A stretch of DNA of 64,000 nt from positions 1,178,001-1,242,000 of the forward strand of contig NW_026515668.1 in the NCBI RefSeq assembly GCF_025526975.1, given 5' to 3'. This DNA comes from Fimicolochytrium jonesii. Taxonomy: Eukaryota. Position 1 is the stretch's first letter; each line of letters opens with the position of its first letter. The notes below the pieces were generated by a model. It was not told where the DNA came from, made no database searches, and worked only from the letters and a program-made list of their open reading frames with translations. Made by a program: the position numbers and the translations under genes. Shown here one piece after another: positions 22,226 to 35,897 of this stretch.

Positions 22226-25041
22226 TATGATGCGTCCATACTGCACCCATTCATCGTGTTCAGGTTCTTCCTAGTTGTCTAGATCCTCTGAGGCCTTTGC
22301 CCATTGATCAGTGTTCGGTTGTGCGTTGGGAGATGCGTCAGGAAGCTCAGTGTCATCTGCAGTGCCCAACACCCTCCATATTCCTCCATATCTACGGTCA
22401 GGGCCACCCTCCCAACCCTGTATGACATCTCTATTTGCATAGAATATGCAACTCGCCTTCACCTCACATTTGAGTTCTTGAGATCAGCAATCATCACCAC
22501 CCCAAAACTACGAAGTAACATAGCCATGGCAGTATGACTCCTGCGGCAGATACCGCTCTATCTGGCCATCTGGCCAGGCTTTGCTGGAAGAGCTATAACC
22601 GAGAAAGAGGCACCTCTTGGCTTTGTTTTCCAGCTTCCCTCAGTTTTTCTTGAGAACCATAGCATAGGCTATGCATCCAAACACTCTGAGATGAAGGAGG
22701 ATGGGCCCGCAACCAAAGAATGCTTCATACAGCATGTTGAAGTTGTCGAGGGCAGCCGTAGGGCATTAATTGTAGACATCCTCATGGGACCACAGAGGTC
22801 AGTGTGGACGAGTGCCAGGACTTCTGTGGCTCGGGTAGCTTGTTTCTTCGGCAAGGGAGCTCTGGACTGCTTGGAGAGCGTGCAGACTTCGCAGATGTGG
22901 CCATCAGGATGTCCGGTGACTCTGATGTCATGTTGGTAGCCGTTGGTGAGCTTCTGGACGTCTTGGGCATTCAAATGACCGAGTCTCTGATGCCAGATAT
23001 GAAAGGGTGTGCTACAAAGTGCTCCTGCTGAGTAGGCGTGTTCAGGGATAGCCTGGGCTGTCATGGTGTACAGACCGTTCTCCTTGAGAGCTCTGAAGGT
23101 GAAAACACCGTCCCTGGTTTTGATTGCGCACTCTGCACTCGAGAACTTGACTTGTGCTCCATCCTCAGTCAGCTGGGCTACTGAGATGAGGTTCTTTTCC
23201 AGTTTGGGAACGAACCAGACGTTTCAAAGGGTGCCAGCGTGCTCGCCGTGTGTTGTGATCGAGATGGAGCCTGTTCCGATGGCTAGGACTGACCAGTTGT
23301 CAGCTAGCTAGACCCGGATGTCAGTTTCCAGCGTCTTGTAGTCCTGGAGCCATTCCTTGACGTGTGTCATGTGTGAGGAGGCACCTGAATCGATAATCCA
23401 GCACTCTGGGCTGATTTCAGTGCGTTTCATGGCTGCCATGAAGAGGGGCCCGGTTCCCTGGCTAACCTGGTCTGGTTCGGCTGGATTCGCATTGTTGGCT
23501 TGAGCTAGCTCTCGTTTGAGCTTCTTGCACTCGTTCTTCCAGTGCCCTTCAATACCACAGTGATGGCACTTTCCCTTCTTCCTGGCGAACCTGGCTGAAC
23601 CCCCAGCCTCCTGCTGGTGTCCCCCGTCCCCAACGAAGGCGTTTCCAGTCGATCTGACTGGTTTCGAGTTCTCCTTGTGCCTAGCTTCTTCATTCAGAAG
23701 TCTGGCCGTCAAGAACTCCATGTCTAAGTCGTCCGCCCTGCTTTGAGGCTCGTGATGACCTGTTCGTAGCTGTTTGGTAAGCTGTATATCAAGGTCGTCA
23801 TGATAACATCTTCGGGTACTGGTGCGCCGATAGCCTCCAGCTGTTGTGCGAGCTGTCTGACTTTGTTGATGTGGTCTGTGATCAAGTCAGATTCGTTCAT
23901 AGTGATGGTAAGGAAGTTTCGACATAGGAAGAGCTTGCTGGCGAGCCCCTTTCGTTCGTGCACATCAGCTAGCTTAGGCCAGGCTTCCCAAGCCGTCTGA
24001 GCTGTATGCACATGCATAAGCTGCGTGTCGTTCAGACTGAGGCAGATGTATGCCAAAGCCCTCTCGTCCTTCCTCTCCATCGACTCCTCCTCCTCCCCTT
24101 CAGCCCCCTTTCCCGGCGACGAGCTTGCTGTAGCCGTAGCTCCTTCCTTCTCCTTCTTCCCAGCTTCCACTGCCACCCAAAGTCCCTTCGCCTTCAACAT
24201 CATCATCATCATCATCCTAAACTTCCATAGATGGTAGTTCTTCCCTGTGAACTTGTCCACCATAAGTTTCGAAGTCTCTGAGTCTCCAGCCATTATGTGT
24301 TCGAGCTAAAGTCGTCTGTTTCGGGTGTGTGGACGTGTTTTGGATGTCAAGTAGTGCGTATCTTGTCAAATTGAGCACTTTGGCGCGTTTTTCGGTCGGA
24401 AACTGGTGATTTTGGAGGGATATGTCAAAAGTAGGGCGTAGGTAGCGTCCGTAGGGGGTTGGGAACGTTCTGAATGGGATTGGCGAAGACGGTTTTAGTG
24501 ATGATAAAGCTCAGGGCTCATAACCTATTGGAACCTTGGATGATATAGGTATATCTAATAGTGTTGTGATGTAGAAGACAGTAGTCTGGCTAGAGTAGTG
24601 CGATAGAAAGTAATGTATTGAAGAGGATAACGCGAAGAGAGGGGATGGGCAACAGGTCTGCCTTTTTTACGAATCTGGGGCTTCTTTCTTGGGGATTTAG
24701 CTATGTGCTGGGGCGTCCAAAGCACCCTCTGAGACCCCCTCAGAACGCCCAAGGCGTCTCTGAGTGCCGCAGTTAAGGTTGGTAAGGTTTTGCCAAGTCT
24801 GTGTAGCCTGCTGATGCCCCATGGACGTCTGCCAGCTCAATAAAACCCAATCTAGCTACTACAACCCGATCACACCTCCATACGGGCACTACTGACCGCC
24901 ATGAGCTCTAAGAACATCATGAAAACGCAGGGCTGACGCCGGGATGTCTGGGAAATGGTCCAGACATCTTCAGAGCCTTCCAAGACGCGTCCTAAGACTT
25001 GCAGAGCCTTCTAAGTGCCGCATCTTGATGCTATCTCAACA
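22226..25041 (-). mobile_element. Ty1/Copia element, 5' part (LTR, gag, protease, partial integrase), decayed
   Basis: LTR about 24526-25041 beginning TGTTGAG; PBS GGTTATGAGCCC (copia-type); gag from 24293 (KFTGKNYHLWK); CHHCGIEGHWKNEC; WIIDSGASSHM; WHQRLGH...CEVC...VHTDLCGP. Confidence 0.92.
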
Positions 25042-28000
25042 GTATCCAGGTTGGTGGACCTCCTCCACTTCCTGCTGGTCACCCGCCCACTATGGCTATG
25101 TTGACGATCTCCCTTGAAGAGCTCAATGCCCAAATTAATGCTGCTGCGGATGCTGCCCAAGCAGAAGTTTGGGATCATCATGCCGAGGAACATCAGGATC
25201 GACAAGATCGCTTGCGAGCGACGTTGGAGCGCGATTCTGCGATGCACCTTGATGGCCTGCTGCAGGATGAGTCTGTGGATCCATTCTATATTGACCAGCG
25301 TAGGCACCATGGTACATGGTTCAACGGCAAAAAGCGAGAGGGCTCTTGTTGACACATTTTTGCAGAAGCACACGGACTTCATGCTCACTTTTGGTCTTCT
25401 GATTGAGGACTTACATGCAGAGAGCATCTGGCTCGCTTGAAGGCGACGCTCATACCTGGTTCGATACTTCATGCAGGCTTGATATGTGGAAAGAGGATTT
25501 CGAGACGGCTTTCAAACTAGCCTTTTATCCTACAAATGCGAAAACCAAAGCGCTCAATGCTCTGCATCAAATGACAGATTCCATGAGTCAACAGATTCGT
25601 ATGTAATGGAGTTCAAACGTATCGTTGCCAAGGCACAGCGCAACCTGGAGGTTATTACCCCCAACGATTTGAGTAACCTTTTTCTTTGCGGGCTTACTTG
25701 CGAAAAAAGCAATACCGTCGGCTATGAGATCGCCCAGTCGTTGTTACATACGATGGTCGATTATAAGGAGCAACACCCTCTGCTCGCATTTCCATTGATT
25801 CGTTTGATGGATCGTGCGCTTAGTTCGTTTGCTGTACGTCGTCTCGCTGATAAGGGGACCGACGCAAACGACAAAGCAGTTGCTTCTAGTAGTAATGCGC
25901 CTAAACGTGCTAATGTCTCTTCTGCCGCGGGTACTGCGGGCAAGAAAGGGGGGAAAGCTAAGAAGGCAGAAGCTACTAAACCTTACGCACGCCCAGACCT
26001 CTCGCACATGAAGTGTTTCGATTGTGGCAAGATGGGTCATCGTGCGCGAGATTGTCCTAAGAAGAATGATAAGAAGTCCAACGAGGTTAAGGATAAGCCG
26101 CGTTGGGACGCTGGTCAGAAAAAGGGTTTTCACTAGAGACGTTTAATAAAGACACCGTTTATTCGTCTCATTGTGCAATAGTGTCCATTGAAGAGGAACT
26201 TGAGGCTATACGCCCTGAGTCCGCTGATGGTATACTGGTTGATTGTGGCAATACGTCTGCTGCGGGGGCCCGCCTGTGCCGGCCAGACAACACTGAAACC
26301 GTTTTGAAGACTAGGCCTGAAGCACTGCAATTGCAACCCGATGCGTTGATCGCACGATGTGCATTTGTAGTTCATGGCAAGTTGAATGGCAAGTTTTGTC
26401 GTATTCTGATCGATACGGGATGCACAACACTTATGGTACGTCAGGGATGGGTGTCGAAACATGGTTTCCAAACCTATAACCCTAAAATACCCGTTGATGT
26501 TGCCTGGGGCGACTGTTATGGACGACGCGCCCATACCATAAGCTTACCTACTGACAGCCGCCAATGTCAACCGCCAAATGTCAAACGCCAATGTCAATGT
26601 CAATGTCAGTATCAATGTCAGTGTCAATGTCAATGTCAATGCCACTCCCCCTCTCTCCTCTCATTTCGCCAATCCTCTTGCAATATCGCCACCTCTCCTC
26701 TCTCCTCTCATTTTGCCAATCCCCCCTCGGCTTCTCCACACCCCCCACTGCTTCCCCATAGCCAGCAGCTGTAGCAATGCTCTCTACGCTCGCCACGCAC
26801 GCTCTAGGAGCATAGCTGGCGCCCCCCAGTCCCCTCTTGTTGTTGTTGTTCTCTTGATCTGCTGGGTTGCCTATCAATAAATAGCCGGCCTCTGTTCGTC
26901 CATTCCCTTCCTCCCGAGCAGATCAACACCAGTTCTTCTCATCTCCTGTTCTAGTCCTTGTTTCTTGTTTCGCCAATACAATCTCTTGTCGCCTATCACA
27001 CTCGCCCTGTCTTCTCTACTTCGCTTCCGCCCCCGTCGTCGAGATCATAACAGTTTGATCTGCTCCAACACTGCGAAGTTCAGAACCTGTCCAGCCCTGC
27101 ATCCGACAAACCTTTTTCGCCATGTCCCAACCCGAAGCCGTACCTTTCACCGCCAAGCAATGGAACGATATGTGCCAAGCCATCGCTGCCTTGCAAAGCC
27201 AAAACGCCAACTTGCAGGCCAACCTAGCGCAAGCCCAAGCCAACGCACAAGCTGCCCAGAGCATCGCCGCCCAGGTTCAAGCCGATACGTACACCCGTCC
27301 CCAAGTCGCCAACCCTGCTCTGGAGCCAAGAATCAGCTCGCCCGAGAAGTTTGATGGTACCCGCAGCAAATTCCGTGGGTGGTTGAACAACATCCGGTTG
27401 ATGTTTGCTCTCCAGCCCGACCGCTACCCCAGCGACATCATCAAGATCCAAATTATTGGCACCTACCTCACCGGCACTGCGCAAGCCTGGATGGCGCCCC
27501 TAGTGGAACGCCAAGATCACAGCCTTCAGGACACTTTTCCCTGCGGCCCTCTGAGCCCTCAGGAACGCCAACGCCGCATTTCCAACAACCTCTGCCTTTA
27601 CTGCGGTGACGCGGGGCACATTGCAAAGGCCTGCCCCGTCAAGAACAAGACCACCACCCATGCCGCCAACGTCGACATCAAAGCACCCTCCACCGAACAG
27701 GGGTTTCCCAAAGTCTAGCCGCAGTAAAGCCACCGCGACTGGACAACACACACCGCCCCGGGCCTCCTAACCTCGCAGCTCCTGCAACGGAAGAGGCCAC
27801 CCCCCTGGTTCCCGACTCCGTTATAGCCAACACCACCCTCCTAGCCGCTGCCCATGTCGAAAACTCCGAAATTAACCCCCGCGCCACGCTTGCGCTGGGT
27901 CCCGTCGAACCCTTCAACTACCCTGTTACCATCATGGTATCATCCAGCCGCGCCCCAATACCTACCTCAGCCATGATCGACAACGGTGCCCTGTCCTGCT

Positions 28001-31000
28001 TCATCGACAGAGACTTTGTCCGCAAACACCCCATTGCCCTAGTCCCGCATCAGCGTCCACTGACGATCGAACTCGTTGACGGTCAATCCAGCTCTGCTGG
28101 GCCAATCACCCATCACACCCGACCAGTAGGCATGTGGGTCGACGACCACTTCGAAGAACTCGTCTTCCATGTCACCAAATCACCCCATGCTCCAATCCTC
28201 CTTGGTCTCCCGTGGCTCTGCCTCCACGACATTAACCTTGACTTCAAGAACTTTTCGGTCGGTTTCCGTTGCGACTGTCAGTACCATGAATTCGCAAATT
28301 GGGACAACTCTCCAGCACCCCCTAGCCCAGCACCCGCCAGAACCCCCGAGCCGTTGATCCGCATCCCCCAGGATGAAGTCCCCGTCGACGAAACATGGTC
28401 GATTCCAGTACCCAAGGTATCTCGCTCCAGCACCCCAGAACCGGCTCCCATGCCGCTCCGAGTCTCGTTCATCTCCGCCCCAGCCTTCCAGGTTGCAGCA
28501 AGGCATGACCAGGTCTTTGTTGCCTACGCCAACCCTGCCAAACACGATCTCCCGGCCTCGCCTAGCCCCAGTAACCCCCCGACACCCAAGAAAGACATCA
28601 AAGACTTCCTGCCCCCCGAATATCAAGACTTCGCCGACGTTTTTGAAAGGAGGAATGCTGACACTCACCCTGAGCACCGGCCCTACGACTGTCCAATCGA
28701 TCTGGAAGAAGGCAAGCAGCCACCTTTTGGCCCGATCTACAGCCTCAGCGAACCAGAAATGAAGGCACTCTGCGAATACCTCAAAGAAAACCTCGCCAAA
28801 GGATTCATCAAACCCTCAAAGTCTCCTGCCGGAGCGCCAGTCTTATTCGTGAAGAAAAAGGACGGTTCTCTCCGCCTCTGCGTCGATTATCGAGGCCTGA
28901 ACAGCATCACAGTGAAGAACCGCTACCCCCTGCCCCTGATCAACGGTATCATGAATCGTTTGCGCGGCGCCCGCCGTCTCACCAAGATCAACCTCCGCGG
29001 CGCTTATAACCTCTTACGCATGCGCCCGGGCGATGAATGGAAGACCGCCTTCCGCTGCCGCTACGGCCTATCCGAATACAACGTCATGCCCTTTGGGCTC
29101 AGCAATGCTCCTGGCGTGTTCCAGTACCTGATGAACGACATCTTCTGCGACATTCTCAATGTGTTTGTTGTCGTCTACCTTGACGATATCCTGATATTCT
29201 CCAAGAACCCCAAAGATCACCCCAAACATGTCCGCGAAGTCTTGTCCCGCCTCCGACAGCATGGGTTGTACGCCAAACCAGAGAAGTGCGAATTCAACCG
29301 CGAATCCGTTGAGTTCCTAGGCTTCATCATCTCCGAGAAAGGCATCCAGATGGACCCCAAGAAGATCGCTGCCATCACGGATTGGGAACCTCCCAAGACT
29401 GTCAAAGGCGTCCAGCGGTTCCTCGGCTTTGCCAACTTCTATTGCCAATTCATCCAAGGTTATTCCAAGATCGCTACCCCGCCCACAGCCCTGACCCGGA
29501 AAGACATCCCGTACGCCTGGACACCCGCCGCAAACACCGCCTTCGAGAACCTGAAGAAAGCATTCACCACCGCCCCCATCCTTGCTCACCCTGACCCAGA
29601 GAAGCCCTTCGTCGTCGAAACTGACGCCTCCGACTTCGCTCTTGGCGCAGTTCTCCTCCAACCTGACCAGGACAATCAGCTCCACCCCGTGGCCTTCCAC
29701 TCTCGCAAATTCACGGCCGAAGAGATCAACTACGAGATCTACGACAAGGAACTTCTGGCCATCCAAGACTCCTTCGCCCAGTGGCGCCACCATCTCATTG
29801 GCGCCCGTCACAAGATCACCGTTTACTCCGACCATAAAAACCTTCAGTACTTCATGACCACCCGCACCCTGAACCGCCGTCCAAGCCCGCTGGTCGATAT
29901 TCTTCTCGGATTTTGACTTTGTCATTACCTATCGCCCCGGTTCCCAGCAGCACCAAGCCGATGCCCTCTCCCGACGCTCCGAACATGAGCTAAAAAAGGG
30001 GGAAGAAGCGTTCCGCTCCCAGGCAACCACAATTTTGACTCCCGAACGCCTTCGACTCGCCGCGGCCTACCTCACACCCATGGATACCACGCTGCTTGAC
30101 AAGATTAAGGCCTGCCCAGGCCTCTGATCCCCTCGCTAAGACCATTCGCGAAAAGCTCAAGATACCCCTCGCCCAACGAACCGAGGAAACCCAAGATCGT
30201 ATCAAGGCGGTTCTCAGATGAAGATGGGATCCTGCTGCACAATAACCTGGTCTATGTCCCCACCATCGAGCTCCGAGCTGAAGTCTGCCACGACATGCAC
30301 GATACACCCCTAGCCGGCCACTTTGGGATGTCCAAGACGCTCGAACTCGCCTCCCGCAACTACTGGTGGCCCAGCCAGTGGCGCTTTGTCAAGGCTTACG
30401 TCAAGTCCTGCGATACCTGTAGCCAAGCGAAATCCAGTCGACACAAACCATATGGCCTACTCCAGCCCAACAGTATCCCTGCCCGCCCTTGGGGATCTTG
30501 GTCCCTGGACTTTATCACCGGTCTGCCTCCCGTGGACGGGTACAACTCCATCCTGAACGTCAACTCTTGCCTCACCAAGATGGCCCACTTCGTCGCCTGC
30601 AGCGAGTCAGAATCTGCCGAATCCACCGCCGACCTAGTCTTCCACAACATCATCCGTCTCCACGGCCTCCCCGACGACGTCATCTCTGACCAAGGACCCC
30701 AGTTTAAGTCCCGGTTCTGGCGTCGACTTCTCGAACTCCTTGGGGCAAAAGCCAACCTCTCCTCGGCCTTCCACCCCCAGAGCGATGGCCAGACGGAACG
30801 CACCAACCAGATCCTGGAGCAGTATCTCCGATGCTTTTGCAACCACCAACAGGACAACTGGAAACAGCTTCTGTCGTCCGCCGAGTTCGCCTACAACAAC
30901 ACCCACCAGTCCGCCTCCCAGACCACCCCCTTCTACGCCAACAAGGGTCTCCACCCCCGCTTCAGTTTCGCGGCCTCCGCTACCTCCGAATCCGTCAACC

Positions 31001-34000
31001 CCGCCGCTGAAGCCCGCGCTAAACAAATCAGGGAAGTCCATGAACCGCTCGCCCTCGAGCTCAAGGAAGCCCAAGATCAAATGGGGCGCTACGGCGACGC
31101 TAGACGAATTCCTGGACCGGACTTCAAGCCTGGCGACCACGTCTGGCTCCTCCGCAAAAACCTCTAGACAACCCGGCCCTCTCAGAAACTCGACCATCGC
31201 AAGATTGGGCCATTCCCCATCGTTGAAAAAATCAATCCCGTCGCCTACCAGCTCAAGCTCCCGCCTACGTACAAAATCCACGATGTCTTCCATGTCTCGC
31301 TCCTCGAACCCCGCTTCACCATCCCCGAACGACACAAACCCGAACCCGCGCCCCCAGAGACCGTTGAGGGTCACGAAGAGTGGGTTGTCGAAGCCATCCT
31401 TGACTCTCGCATCCATCGTTGTCGCCTTCAGTACCTGGTCAAATGGCAGGGCTGGCCTGACTCTGAGAACACCTGGGAGCCCGTGGAACACCTCACCCAT
31501 ACCGACGCACTCCTCCAGGACTTCCACAGCGCGTACCCCAACAAGCCTTTCTCTGTCCCCGTAGCACCTCCTCTGCGGCCACACCAAACTCGACGCCGCC
31601 GCCGCCGCCGCTAAAGAGAGGGGTGATGTTATGGACGACGCGCCCATACCATAAGCTTACCTACTGACAGCCGCCAATGTCAACCGCCAAATGTCAAACG
31701 CCAATGTCAATGTCAATGTCAGTATCAATGTCAGTGTCAATGTCAATGTCAATGCCACTCCCCTTCTCTCCTCTCATTTCGCCAATCCTCTTGCAATATC
31801 GCCACTCCTCCTCTCTCCTCTCATTTCGCCAATCCCCCCTCGGCTTCTCCACACCCCCCACTGCTTCCCCATAGCCAGCAGCTGTAGCAATGCTCTCTAC
31901 GCTCGCCACGCACGCTCTAGGAGCATAGCTGGCGCGCCCCAGTCCCCTCTTGTTGTTGTTGTTCTCTGATCTGCTGGGTTGCCTATCTATAAATAGCCAG
32001 CCTCTCTTCGTCCATTCCCTTCCTCCCCAGCAGATCAAGACCAGTTCTTCTCATCTCCTGTTCTAGTCCTTGTTTCTTGTTTCGCCAATACAATCTCTTG
32101 TCGCCTATCACACTCGCCCTGTCTTCTCTACTTCGCTTCCGCCCCCGTCGTCGAGATCATAAGAGCGACGACGGCCATACATTCAACGCCAACAAGTTAT
32201 TTTGTGGCAATCTTCAGTTATGGGAGATGGACGACACTATTCCAGAGAACAGCTTCCATTTGTGGTCGCTCCTCTGCGGGTAGATGTTATTCTCGGATTG
32301 CCATGGATCTATTTGCTTGACGATGTTCATTTCGAGCACATAGAAGACGAGATTCCTGTTCTACGATTCCGTGCGGGTGAAGTTGAACATACCCTGGTTG
32401 CCAGACCAGTAACTAGGAAGTCGGAATCCCAATTGTCCTGTACTGCGGCCGATCTGCGGTCCTTTGACATCAGAAAGAAGTCTAAACGTTTCAAGGCGGC
32501 GATGCCTGATCGAGAAGACTCGGGTGACGGAGTTGTAACTTATAAGAAGTTCACTCGCTTATCTCGAAAGAAGGTGTATGGGAAGTGTTACAAAGCTGCA
32601 GTGAATGCGTCACCAGCTTATGTCCCCGCAGATGCGCACAATCGCGCTGAACCAGAGCCACAGGTTCAAATGAGCGCTGTTACAGGCCAGAGGTTGCTTT
32701 GGGCATGGAATTAGATCACCTTCTCTCTCCAACGTTGGAGAAGTACGTGGATGGTTTGTTTGAGCACGCCGAGTCGCCGCCCAATAGAGGTGAAGATAAC
32801 TAGTCTTCAATCCTTTAAGGCACATTAGCAAAGCCGAACCCAAAGAGGAAAAGGTTACCCTCATGCTTGACCGCAGTTGGATTCAGCACTTGCACAGCCC
32901 GTGGGGCGCCGCAGTGGTATTTCCTAAGAAAAAGGATGGCAGTCTCCGTATGTGCATCGACTATCGTGGGCTGAATAAAGCAACGATAAAGAATCGTACG
33001 CCGTTACCAAATCTTGCAGAGATGCGAGATCGGGTGCGTGGAAAGGGATTCAAGTCTTTGTTGGATATCAAAGATGTGTATCACCGCCTCTGGTTGGGCA
33101 AAGCCGATAGAGACAAAACAGCGTTTCAGACATGGTTTGGTCATTTTGAGTACTTGGTTATGCTGTTTGGATTAAGAGTCCCCCGGCAACGTTCCAACGA
33201 TTAACCATCAAGATATTGGGGAAGATGTATGATGCGTCTGTCATATCTCACCTGGATAAGATCTGAATCTTCTTGGAGACGGGCAAGGAGCAAATCGCTC
33301 ATGTGGACAGCGCTTTGGCTGTTCTCACCGAGCACAAACTCTATGTCACGCCGTCCAAGTGTATATGGATGCGGAAAGAGCTTGAATTCTGTGACCATAT
33401 CCTGAGGAAGGATGCAATGGCCATTGCACTCTCAGAATTGGACGCCATGCGAAACTTTTCCCATCCTACTAAACAGAAAGAGGTCCAATGTTCCTTAGGG
33501 TTGACCTGAGTCAATACGTCGATCGTTATGCATATATCGCATATCCATTGACAGAGCTACAGTCGGGCAAAAGGCCTTGGCACTGGGGCAATGTCAAAGA
33601 GACGGCTTTTGTTAAGCTGAAGGAAGCTATTATCACAGCTCCTGCGCTCACATCTTACGACCCGGAGCGAGATTTATACGTGTTCACGGGTGCATCGGGT
33701 TTTGCAATAGGAGGATGGCTCGCCCAGCCGGCGGATCCATCGGAGCATTACCCATCACCGTTGCCTACCTCAGTGAAGACATTTAACAATCTGCCACCGT
33801 TAAAGCCGATAGCTTTCTTTGGGCGGAAGATGCAACCCGCTGAAACACGTTACCCTGTGCACGAACAAGAGCTATTAGCTCTGGTTAGCATATGCAAGGC
33901 GAATAGGCATTACTTGCAGGATCGGACGAATGACCGCCCGTTTCGCGCGTTCACCGATCACGCTAGTTTGGTCTGGCTGCAGACACAGCCCTTCCTGAGC

Positions 34001-35897
34001 CATCGCCAAGCACGATGGGTTGAATTCCTGCAACAATTCAAATTTGATATTGAATATCAACCTGGTCGTTGGAACACCAGCGCAGATGTGTTGAGTCGTA
34101 ATCCTTATTGCGCTCCTCGCTGCGCCGAGTGTAACAAGCGAGTGGAAATCGCTGCGGCCATGGGGATGTCCGTCGAGTATATACCTTTGGGGAATGTTAC
34201 GCTTGAAGATTGGATACGAACCTTGGAGGCTGATGAGTACTTCGCTTTGCGGAAAGAGGCGTTGTCACGGCCAAAGGAACGACAGTCTACATTCGATCGT
34301 CGTTTTTCGATCGATGACTATGGTCGTTTACTGTACCACGATAAGTTCTATGTGCCAGCCGCTTTACGAGGGACTGTATTGCAGGCGTACCATGACTCGT
34401 TGGTCTCTGGCTCGCATACGGGGGTACAAGGTACATTGGGCAAACTCCTACGTGAGTTTTACTGGCCCGATATGGACGCAGATGTGAGAGGGTACATCAA
34501 GACTTGTGGGTCTTGCCAAAGGTTCAAGTCGCCGAAGAATCAGCGTGTCGGCTTACTTCGTTCGCTCCCAGTTCCCAGCCAACGTTGGCACACAATGGGT
34601 ATGGACCCTGTCTCGATGCCAATAACACGGTCGCGGGGGGGGAAGGTGCATAGTGATGCGTTCTACTACAGTATTATTGTCTTCATCGACTATCTGTCAG
34701 GGCGCGCATACTTTATCCCTGCGAAATCCACGATAACTGCCGAGGAGTTGGCCCAGCTTTACTTCCGTGAGGTATGGCGCCATATAGGTACTGTAGCTGT
34801 GATCGTCGGAGATTGAGATCCACGCTACCTGGCAGATTTCTGGAAGGTGTTTCAATCATTGTTGGGCTACAAACAGAGCTTGAGCATGGCTAGACACCAA
34901 AGGATGGATGGGAAGGTCGAATGGTGTATCGCTATTCTGAACAAGATACTTAAACCATACTTTAATGTAACGGGAGACGATTGGGTTGACAAACTGCCGA
35001 TGTTGGAGTTTGCCTACAACCGTACGCAGAACAGCACTGGATACTGCCCTTTCGAGGGTGATTTAGGTAGAATTCCACAGGCGCCGATGCATTGGCAAGT
35101 TGACGCAAAGGTGTTGCAACGTATGGACGATACGTCGATCTCATTCTTGCATAAGTCACGACGTGAGCTCATCGAACAGATGGAGAAGCGTGCCAAGGCA
35201 TACCCATCCATTGAACTCATAGTGCAGCACAAACTGCGGGAAGCCTAGGACAAACAGGCAAAGTATCACGATCGTGGACATCGTGTACAGAGCTTTCGTC
35301 CAGGAGATAAAGTCCTGTTGAACAGCGACGGGATAACGATCCCTGCTTTCAATAAGAAGCCGCTCAAGTTTAGACAGAGCTGGCTGGCTAGGACCCTTCA
35401 TCGTGAAGAAGGAAGGACCACACCCGGAAACGTACGAGTTAGAGCTGCCAGCTTTGATGGGCGCTCTCTACCCGGTCTTCCATACGGATATCTTGAAGCT
35501 GTGGCACGAGCCGACTTCAGATCCGCTGCGCATCGACGATGTGGAGGACTCTAACCCAGTCCAAGTCAAAGGTGAGGAAGAATACTATGTCGATAAGATT
35601 ATCGGACGAAGGTTGGTCCATGGAAAAGCTGAGTATCTCGTTCAGTGGGTTGGTTACCCACCTGAGCAGACGACATGGGAAACGCATGAGCGAGTGAAAG
35701 ACTGCGCTGCGTTAGACGACTTCATCTTGGTCCATGGTGAAGTAGAATCCGTTACAGATAAGCGAAAGCGGAAGCGCTCAAAGGGAACTGAGGCTCTGCG
35801 ACGCAAGAGTGCACGGTTGACTGAGGGCCATGAATGATCTGTAGCTGGATGGGACCTTCTGTCCATAAAAAACATCGGATATCGCTGTAATCGAGCA
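25042..35897 (+). mobile_element. Family D chromovirus, decayed, no LTRs visible, interrupted by family A at 26514-32164
   Basis: Gag knuckle CFDCGKMGHRARDC; protease LIDTGC; RT, RNase H and integrase at 32863-35400; chromodomain EYYVDKII...YLVQWVGY...TTWET ending at 35837. Confidence 0.88.
26514..32164 (+). mobile_element. Family A chromovirus with both LTRs and TSD GCGAC; internal gag deletion
   Basis: LTRs 26514-27052 and 31627-32164; GCGAC at 26509-26513 and 32165-32169; pol ORF 27934-29916; integrase ORF 30295-31167. Confidence 0.96.

Noticed and set aside
7237..35248. TAG reassigned to Gln (several in-frame TAGs in TE ORFs)
   Set aside because: PLD ends in TAG at its expected C-terminus and its long exon has no internal TAG. 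CAG-to-TAG decay explains most cases.
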